Source: an uncultured bacterium (GTDB taxonomy: Bacteria > Krumholzibacteriota > Krumholzibacteriia > Krumholzibacteriales > Krumholzibacteriaceae). Taken from it: 15,683 nucleotides of DNA. Where the stretch lies: contig CBDUYR010000058.1 in the NCBI GenBank assembly GCA_965371515.1, positions 1 to 15,683 of the forward strand, written 5' to 3'. The notes under the pieces are model-generated. The model made no database searches. It was given only the letters and a program-made list of their open reading frames with translations, and had not been told where the DNA came from. A program made the position numbers and the translations under genes. Shown here piece by piece: positions 1 through 7,854 of this stretch (the stretch's first letter is position 1; each line of letters starts with the position of its first letter).

Positions 1-2388
1 CAGAGTGCTGACGAGTCTTCCGCCGACGTCGTAGATGCTGAGATTCACATGAGTGGACGCGGGAAGCGTGAACGATATCACGGTCACCGGATTGAACGGA
101 TTGGGGTAATTCCTGAAAAGCGTGACCTTGTCAGGGCATGATTTTTCTTCAAGCTCCTTCTTTCCTTCGATATCATCGCAATCGTCAGTGTCTCCGGCAC
201 ATGAACTGTCCGCACTGATCACCCTTATACAATCGAAGGCTTCGAAAGCGAACTCGCCGACATAGCCGCTCACCTTTACCGTAACGTAATCTCCAGCAAG
301 GATCGCCGTTACTTCATCCCTGAGGAACTTGACCATCAGCTTCTTCTTCGCCGACTTCTCGATACTCCCGTTTCCGCCGGTGCGGGCGACGAGAATCGTG
401 TCATTGAACATTATGCATGTCCTGTCTATGTCGGATACGTTGTGTCCGCATTCCTCGGGGAACTCGATCTGCGCTGTGACCCAGCGGCCCTCGGACAGCA
501 GATTGAGCGTCGACGGAGTGACCTTGACCAGCGCTTCCGTCACTTCGGGAATATCTGAGAACTCCGGAACGACCACGACCTCGTTCGAGAAGGGGCTCAC
601 ATCGCCGCAACGGTCGACGGCCGTCACCCTGAAATACAGCGGCTGGCCGGCTGTGAAATCCCGGATCCTGATCGACTGATCGCACGTCACGTATGCCTTC
701 CATTCCGGAGCAGGCGATGTTCCGCGATACACGTAGTACCTGTCGACATCGCTGTCACCGAATTTGGTGAAATTCAGCCACAGCTCTCCACCGGTCGTAT
801 CCGCCCAGGCGTAGGGCTCGGCAGCGACACCTTCCCAGTCATCCCGGAACACCCTGTAAGAATTGGCTCTGTTGGAAAACATCATTTCAAACGCTACCGT
901 TCCATCAGGGCGCACTTCGGAAACGTCTGTCACCCAGCCGGACCCCCACCCTATCAGCGTGTTCCCGCCGGACTGTTTCCTGGCGCTGCCCATCGCATTG
1001 GCATATACAAGCGGGTCTCTCTTGTATTCAAATACCAGCGTCGCCGTTTTATTCTCCTCGTCCAGAACGTATTCCAACGCACGCGATTCCTGGGGATCGC
1101 TAAGGTTGTTATTATCGAACAACGTGATGTTCCCATTGTCGAGGCGGCGGATATCGTGCTGACACGAGAACCACTTCGTATCTCCCTCGAGCGTGAACTC
1201 GTTGTTGTTCCCGCCCATCCTCCAGATTATCTCACCGGTTTCGCGATCGATCTTGGTGATCTCACTCTGATTTCTGCTCGAGATCATGATGTTGCCGTCA
1301 TGATCGACCTCGATCGCATTGGTGTGACAGTATCGGATCACCTTCCGCGTCAGTTTGACATGGGTGTCGAAAACGCTGAAGAAATCTGCTGAGCGCCACT
1401 GGAATACGAGATTCTTATCGGTGTCCAGCTCCTGGATCACACTCCCGACTACATACGCCGCCGTATCGCCGCCTTCCACTACCTGGCTCATATCCATTAT
1501 CTGCGGATCATCGGCGATCAACATGACGTGGCCGTTTGGCATCATCAGAAATTCGTGCATATCGAGGGGGTATCCATCCTGCGTCGTATAGCTGTCGATG
1601 ACCGAATAGGTATTGTCCATCGTGTAGAAATATTCGACTCCATCCTGGAACGTCGTATAAGAGAGCATCCCGTTCGGCTGTTTCTTGAAATCGAATGCTC
1701 TGTCGGGCATTTTCCTGAAGAAAACCGGAGTGCCGTCATTTTCCAGGATCATGAGGTAATTTGCGGGCATCGGATCATTCCTGAGGGACAGACTGGCCAG
1801 GAACAGCTTTCCGTCAGCTGGTGCATCGCAGACTGTGATATCCCTGCCTGGAAAATCAATCGGCAGGCTGTACATGCCGGGGCTGTCACTCTCTTTCTTG
1901 CTGCATTTATCAAACGGAGACGAACCCCCGCCATACGCCTCGACCGGCATATCACGCGAGTCAGTTCCCATCTGCTCCAAGGGATCGCTGCGATAGTCCA
2001 CGGTGCGTGACGCGATCTCGAACCTGTGCGTATAGATCATCTTTTCGCCGTCCGCCTCGAGATCGAACGAAACGACCACGGTCTCTCCCAGATCAAACCC
2101 GCGATCGGGCCTGAATATGACAGTCCGGGAATCATCGGCAGTTATCCATCTGCCCTCGTGCGCTCCGCTCACGGAACCCGAGACCTTCATCGACGAAGTC
2201 CACGCCGGCCCGAATCTGTCCAGCCCGTCGCCGGGCCGGAAGATCAGCGTACTCTGAGGCATGACGAACCGGGCATCGGGCCTCGGAGACAGGTAGCGGA
2301 AGATCTCGCTGGACGATTCGGCGCACACGGGGCCGCCGATCGTCATGACGAGCATCACGGCGATTAACATAATGACTGCATTTCGCAT
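1..2388 (-). CDS. Secreted arylsulfate sulfotransferase (AssT/ASST family) with N-terminal Ig-like domain, FN3 domain, an unnamed ~100-aa beta-rich domain and FlgD-Ig/T9SS-type C-terminal domain; 3' end lies outside the window
   Basis: Hand translation, open from ATG 2388 (GAGGGGG SD upstream) to base 1. Signal peptide MRNAVIMLIAVMLVMTIGGPVCA. ASST motifs DMHEF, YCHTNAI..ISSRN, KIDRETGEIIWRMGG, QHDIRRL, ITLFDN, GNTLIGWG, SYRVFR. FN3 motif YFRVTAVDRCGDVSPFSNEV. CTD motif LFRNYPNPFNPVTVISFTLP..IYDVGGRLV. Confidence 0.9.
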   Translation of the reverse strand, partial: MRNAVIMLIAVMLVMTIGGPVCAESSSEIFRYLSPRPDARFVMPQSTLIFRPGDGLDRFGPAWTSSMKVSGSVSGAHEGRWITADDSRTVIFRPDRGFDLGETVVVSFDLEADGEKMIYTHRFEIASRTVDYRSDPLEQMGTDSRDMPVEAYGGGSSPFDKCSKKESDSPGMYSLPIDFPGRDITVCDAPADGKLFLASLSLRNDPMPANYLMILENDGTPVFFRKMPDRAFDFKKQPNGMLSYTTFQDGVEYFYTMDNTYSVIDSYTTQDGYPLDMHEFLMMPNGHVMLIADDPQIMDMSQVVEGGDTAAYVVGSVIQELDTDKNLVFQWRSADFFSVFDTHVKLTRKVIRYCHTNAIEVDHDGNIMISSRNQSEITKIDRETGEIIWRMGGNNNEFTLEGDTKWFSCQHDIRRLDNGNITLFDNNNLSDPQESRALEYVLDEENKTATLVFEYKRDPLVYANAMGSARKQSGGNTLIGWGSGWVTDVSEVRPDGTVAFEMMFSNRANSYRVFRDDWEGVAAEPYAWADTTGGELWLNFTKFGDSDVDRYYVYRGTSPAPEWKAYVTCDQSIRIRDFTAGQPLYFRVTAVDRCGDVSPFSNEVVVVPEFSDIPEVTEALVKVTPSTLNLLSEGRWVTAQIEFPEECGHNVSDIDRTCIMFNDTILVARTGGNGSIEKSAKKKLMVKFLRDEVTAILAGDYVTVKVSGYVGEFAFEAFDCIRVISADSSCAGDTDDCDDIEGKKELEEKSCPDKVTLFRNYPNPFNPVTVISFTLPASTHVNLSIYDVGGRLVSTL

Positions 2389-2476
2389 TGAATGCCCCCT
2401 CTTGATGTGTTTGCTGCAGACGGACCGGATTCAGATCCCGGCCGCACAGCGTCCAACAGGTGGATCGACGAACGCC

Positions 2477-2485
2477 ATTATATCA
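2477..2485 (-). promoter_or_regulatory. Extended -10 sigma70-type promoter for the sulfotransferase gene
   Basis: Minus strand reads TG-A-TATAAT, about 90 nt upstream of the start codon. Confidence 0.6.
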
Positions 2486-2554
2486 CATTCCCAGGCATCT
2501 GCGGAGACAGAAATTCCACGAACGTCCACTCCCGGCGCCGGGAGTGGATGTCTT

Positions 2555-3865
2555 CTACTCCAGGTCCGAGGGAATGTGCGGAACGGCGTAGATCTCACGC
2601 AGAATCTCCCAGCGGCGCTCGCTGTCGTCGCCGGCCTCGCGTTCGATGTAGTCTCTCACCAGCTTCAGGCCGACGTCGTATGTCACGACGTAGCTGCGGT
2701 ATTTATCTCCGAAACTCAGGTACATCTCGGCTCTCACCTCCGTCATCAGCGAGTATTTCTGCAGGAATGCATTAGCTTCGTCTCTCGTCCAGTCGCCGTC
2801 GAGATACTTCCTCACTGACTCGGTCCTCGCTCCGCGCAGCTTCCTCGTGAGCTTCTCGAACTTCAGGTATTCCTCGGCCATCGAGGGGTCCAGTCCCGCC
2901 AACGGGAAGAGTGTGTCGCGGATGAAGGCGATCCGCTCCTCCTCTGTAAAAGCGATCTCTATGCCGAGATTCGCGCCGCCCTCGTTCAGCGTCGCTTGCG
3001 GGCAATAGAGTGGCTGCACCGAGTATTCCATCCAGCCCTGATCGTTCAGCATGTTCTTTTCGACAAGGACGTTCTGCACGTGATGGCCCGGATAACCCTC
3101 GTGGACGGCGAGCCCGAGCGGCGAGCCGATGCGGACGGGCAGCTCGACGTTCACCTGGATAAGACTTCGGTATTCACCCTTGTACCAGTTGTATGCCCCC
3201 CACGATACGCCAGTGACATACTCGGTGTCGAAGCTCTCTCCTTCGGGGAGAGGAATATGGGGAAGAGTGCGGCTGCGGGCCTCCTCGATCGCCCTGGCGA
3301 AAACCGGGTCGATCAGGTCCTTCGGGATCACGAAACCGTCCCGGTACGCCTCGACTCGAGATGCGAGTTCGCCATCGCCCGGAACGAGGGCCTCGAGCTC
3401 CGCCAGCGCGGCGTCGAGCGATGACACGTCGCACGGCCGGGCGACTGCATCGTAAAGAGCCTTCGATTCCTCGTCGAAGGTCATCTTCTTTCCGCCGACG
3501 AGCTCGACCCGCGCCTTAGTCGACAAGATATGGGCGCGCAGGAATTTCACGCGGCTCTTCTCGATATCGCTCAGTCCCGAGAGGTCTACGGCGTCGAGCT
3601 CTGCGACCATGGCATCCGCCTTCAGGGCCAGCTCTTCGGCCGGGATCTCGTGTTCCTCTCCCTCGGGAAGAGGCGCCGGTTTCCACTCCTCCGGCCCGGT
3701 GTAGGCATCGACGAAGTCCGGGTCATACTGACCGAGTTCGAGGCAAAGCCTCACGTACGATTCGGCAACGCGGTCGACCGCGGCACGCTGCTCGCCGGGA
3801 TTCGAAGAGCATGACGAAAGGGTGGCGCCGAGCATGAGAACAACGATAACGAGAAGTCGGATCAT
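2555..3865 (-). CDS. Lipoprotein, putative zinc metallopeptidase (DUF885-related HEGYPGHH family), 436 aa
   Basis: Lipobox LSSC after a hydrophobic signal. HEGYPGHH motif plus downstream NEGGA (candidate third-ligand Glu). Start overlaps the upstream stop (ATGA at 3862-3865), implying an operon. Confidence 0.8.
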   Translation of the reverse strand: MIRLLVIVVLMLGATLSSCSSNPGEQRAAVDRVAESYVRLCLELGQYDPDFVDAYTGPEEWKPAPLPEGEEHEIPAEELALKADAMVAELDAVDLSGLSDIEKSRVKFLRAHILSTKARVELVGGKKMTFDEESKALYDAVARPCDVSSLDAALAELEALVPGDGELASRVEAYRDGFVIPKDLIDPVFARAIEEARSRTLPHIPLPEGESFDTEYVTGVSWGAYNWYKGEYRSLIQVNVELPVRIGSPLGLAVHEGYPGHHVQNVLVEKNMLNDQGWMEYSVQPLYCPQATLNEGGANLGIEIAFTEEERIAFIRDTLFPLAGLDPSMAEEYLKFEKLTRKLRGARTESVRKYLDGDWTRDEANAFLQKYSLMTEVRAEMYLSFGDKYRSYVVTYDVGLKLVRDYIEREAGDDSERRWEILREIYAVPHIPSDLE

Positions 3866-5430
3866 GATATCTCCTTTGCGTTACGTGAGATTCCACCCGC
3901 CGTGACTGCGCTTCTCTCCTCTATCTGTCTGAGCAGCCCGCTGAATATAAACCTGTGGAAGGGAAAGAAGAAATACCAGTAGGCCCGCCCGAACGGAGTC
4001 GTCGTGATGTATCGCGCGGTTAGAGAGAGTTCCCTGCGATCGCCGTGATCGCCTATATAGAATTCGAGCCACGCCTTTCCAGGCAGTTTCATCTCGGCCC
4101 TGAGAAGGAGACGTTTCGACGGAACTATGTCCTCGACCCGCCAGAAATCGATGACGTCCCCGGCCGCGAGCCCGCTCGCTTTCTTCCTCCCCCTTCGCGT
4201 GCCGACCCCCATGATCACCCTGTCGAACTCACCTCGCAGGCGCCACATCCAGTTGCCGTGGAACCACCCCTCGCGGCCGCCGATTCGGCAGATCGAGTCG
4301 AAGAGGGCATCCGCCCCCTTTCCGGTCTCGATCGAGCGCGAGGCGTTATACATCTGGCGGTCGCGTACCTCGCTCAGCCTGATCGCGAGTTCACTCGCAG
4401 GAGGATAGGCGTCAGACCATCTCGTATGGACCCGGTCCTGCTCCTCGCGTGACATCGCCCTCACGAGCGCCGTCCTGTAAGGCAGCGGCTCGAAAGGGAT
4501 GATCCTCCTGATCGCGCTGTCCTCACAGATCACGTCGTTCTTCATGCCCTCCATAAGGCTGATGGTGATCGGCGCGGGCACCGGTGTCAGCAGGCCGGCC
4601 GTGTAACCGAAGACCCTGAGGCTGGCCAGAGGCATCGTGACAAAAAGCCGCCTCCGATTGAGGATCCGCGTGATGATCTTCATCATCTCCCTGTACGACA
4701 TCACTTCGTCGCCCCCGATATCGAAGCTGCCGCCGGCCGTCTCTTCCGACTCGAGCGACCCGACGAGGTACTTGACGACGTCGCGTATCGAGACAGGCTG
4801 GCAGAGGCTGCGCACCTCGCGGGGTGTAAAAATCAAGGGAAAGCGGGCAACGAGGTTTTTCAGTATCTCGTATGAGGCGCTGCCCGAGCCGATGATTATC
4901 GCCGCGCGGAGTATTGTTACGGGCACCGGGCCGGACTGGAGCTTCCTTGCGACCTCCATCCTGCTGCGCAGGTGCGTGGAGAGATCGCTCCGCACGTCGC
5001 CGAGCCCCCCGAGGTAAATGATCCGTCTGACGCCGCACTCAGCGGCAGCCTCGGCGAAGTTCGATGCGGCCTCGGCATCCGCGCCGGCGAATTCTCCCGG
5101 ACCGAGAAGCATCGAATGAATAAGGTAATAGGCGGTATCTACTCCCTTGAGGGCACCGGCGAGACTTTTCCTGTCAAGAGCATCTGCCGTGACAATCTCG
5201 ACACCCGGCCAGCGCCCTGAGATCTCTGCCGACCCTCCTCTTACCATGGCCCGTACCCGGTAGCCCCTCTCGAGCAACTCGGGCACGAGCCTTCCGCCGA
5301 TATACCCCGACGCTCCAGTCACGAGCACGCTGCCCGGAAGGTCGCGCGGCGAGGTGGGAAGGTCCACGCAGAACGGAGTGTCGCTCTCGGGGTGACCGAT
5401 TGCCGATTTCTCATTGTTTTGATCTTCCAT
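3862..5430 (-). CDS. YbjT-like NAD(P)-binding atypical SDR with C-terminal DUF2867 domain, 522 aa
   Basis: VLVTGASGYIGG Rossmann motif, AYYLIHSM, RIIYLGGLG, LRAAIIIGSGSASYE. C-terminal IGGREGW..LWxLRG-like segment and DFWRVE..LLLRAEMKLPGKAWLEF, typical of DUF2867. Confidence 0.88.
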   Translation of the reverse strand: MEDQNNEKSAIGHPESDTPFCVDLPTSPRDLPGSVLVTGASGYIGGRLVPELLERGYRVRAMVRGGSAEISGRWPGVEIVTADALDRKSLAGALKGVDTAYYLIHSMLLGPGEFAGADAEAASNFAEAAAECGVRRIIYLGGLGDVRSDLSTHLRSRMEVARKLQSGPVPVTILRAAIIIGSGSASYEILKNLVARFPLIFTPREVRSLCQPVSIRDVVKYLVGSLESEETAGGSFDIGGDEVMSYREMMKIITRILNRRRLFVTMPLASLRVFGYTAGLLTPVPAPITISLMEGMKNDVICEDSAIRRIIPFEPLPYRTALVRAMSREEQDRVHTRWSDAYPPASELAIRLSEVRDRQMYNASRSIETGKGADALFDSICRIGGREGWFHGNWMWRLRGEFDRVIMGVGTRRGRKKASGLAAGDVIDFWRVEDIVPSKRLLLRAEMKLPGKAWLEFYIGDHGDRRELSLTARYITTTPFGRAYWYFFFPFHRFIFSGLLRQIEERSAVTAGGISRNAKEIS

Positions 5431-5439
5431 CGTGGATGG

Positions 5440-5448
5440 ATGTTAGCA
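5440..5448 (-). promoter_or_regulatory. Candidate extended -10 element 9 nt before the SDR start (near-leaderless)
   Basis: Minus strand TG-C-TAACAT-ccatccacg-ATG; no SD present. Confidence 0.4.
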
Positions 5449-5516
5449 TATCCGGGGCATCGCGGCATACGTCTGTCTGAAGCTCAGTACGCCGCCTGCG
5501 GAGTGGGAATGAGTGA

Positions 5517-5545
5517 TTGAAATATTCAGCTTTTCCTGATATAAT
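5517..5545 (+). promoter_or_regulatory. Sigma70-type promoter for the 715-aa secreted protein
   Basis: TTGAAA-17 nt-TATAAT with extended TG; GGAGGGG SD before GTG 5578. Confidence 0.75.
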
Positions 5546-5577
5546 ACAGATGCTGCAGTTTTCGCGGAGGGGTTATC

Positions 5578-7725
5578 GTGAAACTGACAAATCTCAAGCG
5601 GATCGCGCCGGCGATCACACTATCCGCCGTTGTCGTAACATGCCTGATGCTCGCGGCCGGGACATGCGTCGCCCAGCAGGCGGAACTCGGCATCTATTTC
5701 GACGAGTACGGCTATTGGAGCCACGACTTCCGAGTATATGAAAGTCCCTTGATGTTCGATGGGTATCTGATCCTCTCCAATACCGACCTGCCTGTGACAG
5801 CGGTAGAGTACCGCCTCGAAATACCTAGCGGTATAATACCATTAGGCAGAGAGTATCACGATAATTACTCGATATCATTGGGAGACGACTTCTGGAATGG
5901 AATCTCGATCGCCTTCTGGCCCCCGCTCGATACAAACGAGGACTGTATACTCTGCAAATACACTTTCTATGCTATGGATAACTGCGATACCGGCCTCGAC
6001 GACGGGATGGGTACCCGGATAACCGTCCTACCTCATTCCGAATCGGGTTACCTGCGGGGAACATACTACCCTGACCACGAGCTCTTCGACATCACAGGCT
6101 ATAGTTCTTCTCTCTGCTCCGGCCACTGGCCGCCTGTGCTTTCCGACGTACAGGTCTACTCACCGAGGAGCGTACGGGCGTGGTTTAACCAGTATGTCTT
6201 CAACTGGTCGGGATACGACGATACCTTTATACTGTACACGACGCTAGAACCACACGACACCATTGAGGTCATAAGTGCCTTGAAGAACCCACCCGACGGC
6301 ATGAGTGGGGATGATTTCTTTGTCTATTTCGAGTCGCCGATGCAGGAAGGTGTGAGCTATACACTCGAGGCGTTTGCGTGCTTCGAGTGCCACGGGTGTG
6401 CGACGTCCACGAGGAGTTTCGTCTACGAAGGCGGCTTCGGGGACAGCCCCGATGTAGTTGTCACACACTGGATCGACTATAACTTCGGCATTACTGCCGC
6501 AACCCCTCTCGCTCAAGCAATACGTTCCGGTTGCAACGTGGTCGAACTGGACTACGAGGTCAGAAATCTTGGCATGGCCGCCTGCGGCCCGTTCCTTGCC
6601 CGCATCAAGGCCGGCCCTCGGGATGGAAGCGAAGATATAACAGTCTGGTCGGACAGCTGCGGCGGACTGGACGTGGACGGGACCTTCGGCGGAACCGTTT
6701 CGGTCATAGTGCCGTGGATACCTTCATTCTACGGCTACCTGTGGTTTGAGGCGGATCATCCCGACTGGATCGCCGAAGTGAATGAGGAAAATAACGCCAG
6801 GTTCTATTGGGTTAACAATTTCCGCCCCGAAATCATCTCGATCGAGGATGTGCCCGACGACTCCGGGGGTCACGTCGAACTTTCGTTCCATGGATCATGG
6901 TACGACATCGAATACCCGGCGGAAGGCGACATCTACTACATCATGCGTCAGGATAGAGCTACGGGCGAATGGGAGGAAGTACACCAGCTCGAAGCCACGA
7001 GCGACACGATATATACATGCATCGTCCCAACGGAAATCGATTCGTCGGACGCCCCGGAAAGCTACTGGACGACATTCATGGTCGATTATCCGAGAGCCCT
7101 TTACGTAATGTGCAGCTCCTGCCCCGATTCGGGATATTCGGTCAACGATCTCGGCCCCACGGCGGCCCTGCTCCTCTCAAGCTCGGTCGAGACGACAGGC
7201 GGATCCATCCTCCTGAGATGGTCCTTCACTGAGAGCCCGGACTTCAGGGAATTCTCCGTTTCACGGGCCGTAACGGACGGAACATACCAGAATATCGGTT
7301 CACTGCCGGTATCTCCGGGAGAATACAGCTTCGAGTTCGAAGACATCTCCGCCGAGCCCGGTGTGAAATATATCTACAGGGTGGAATACGCCGAGGGCGA
7401 CGAAACTAATATCCTCTTCGAGACGGAACCGGCCGGGCTCCCGCCCATCCCCTTCGCTCTCCACCAGAACCACCCCAATCCGTTCAATCCGTCGACGGAG
7501 ATCGGATTCTCTCTTCCCGGACCGTCCACCGTAACCCTCGATATCTTCGACGTCTCGGGGAAAAGGATACGGCGCCTGCTCGAGGAGAGCCGGCCTGCCG
7601 GAAACCACTCCGTTCACTGGGACGGCCTCGACGACAGCGGTTCACCTACGATCTCGGGCGTCTATTTCTACCGCCTGACAGCCGGGATGAAAGTACATTC
7701 CAGAAAAATGATCCTTTTGAGATGA
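5578..7725 (+). CDS. Secreted multidomain protein (N-terminal beta-rich domain, Ig-like, CARDB-like, FN3-like, FlgD-Ig/T9SS-type CTD), 715 aa; no catalytic motif recognised
   Basis: Signal peptide ending CVA. CARDB-like VRNLG..AD..DWIAEVNEENN. Motif IEDVPDDSGGHVEL. CTD FALHQNHPNPFNPSTEI..IFDVSGKRIRRL..WDGLDDSG..SGVYFYRL..KMILLR. Confidence 0.85.
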   Translation: MKLTNLKRIAPAITLSAVVVTCLMLAAGTCVAQQAELGIYFDEYGYWSHDFRVYESPLMFDGYLILSNTDLPVTAVEYRLEIPSGIIPLGREYHDNYSISLGDDFWNGISIAFWPPLDTNEDCILCKYTFYAMDNCDTGLDDGMGTRITVLPHSESGYLRGTYYPDHELFDITGYSSSLCSGHWPPVLSDVQVYSPRSVRAWFNQYVFNWSGYDDTFILYTTLEPHDTIEVISALKNPPDGMSGDDFFVYFESPMQEGVSYTLEAFACFECHGCATSTRSFVYEGGFGDSPDVVVTHWIDYNFGITAATPLAQAIRSGCNVVELDYEVRNLGMAACGPFLARIKAGPRDGSEDITVWSDSCGGLDVDGTFGGTVSVIVPWIPSFYGYLWFEADHPDWIAEVNEENNARFYWVNNFRPEIISIEDVPDDSGGHVELSFHGSWYDIEYPAEGDIYYIMRQDRATGEWEEVHQLEATSDTIYTCIVPTEIDSSDAPESYWTTFMVDYPRALYVMCSSCPDSGYSVNDLGPTAALLLSSSVETTGGSILLRWSFTESPDFREFSVSRAVTDGTYQNIGSLPVSPGEYSFEFEDISAEPGVKYIYRVEYAEGDETNILFETEPAGLPPIPFALHQNHPNPFNPSTEIGFSLPGPSTVTLDIFDVSGKRIRRLLEESRPAGNHSVHWDGLDDSGSPTISGVYFYRLTAGMKVHSRKMILLR

Positions 7726-7854
7726 TCCTCACCCCTCCCGGCGCATTCAAAAAGCGTTATGGGCTGATCGCCGATCTGTAGTATATTATTCCATCCGTCG
7801 GCGGCCGGCCGAATGCCGCAGCGATATCCCTCAACCCCTTGACGGAGAGGATCT

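Noticed and set aside
329..2367. Short ORFs listed in the track over the first 2.4 kb
   Set aside because: All overlap the single continuous minus-strand sulfotransferase frame, which has clear family motifs
2412..2449. Imperfect GC-rich hairpin in the sulfotransferase 5' leader
   Set aside because: Bulged stem plausible by chance at this GC content; no U-tract and no recognised motif
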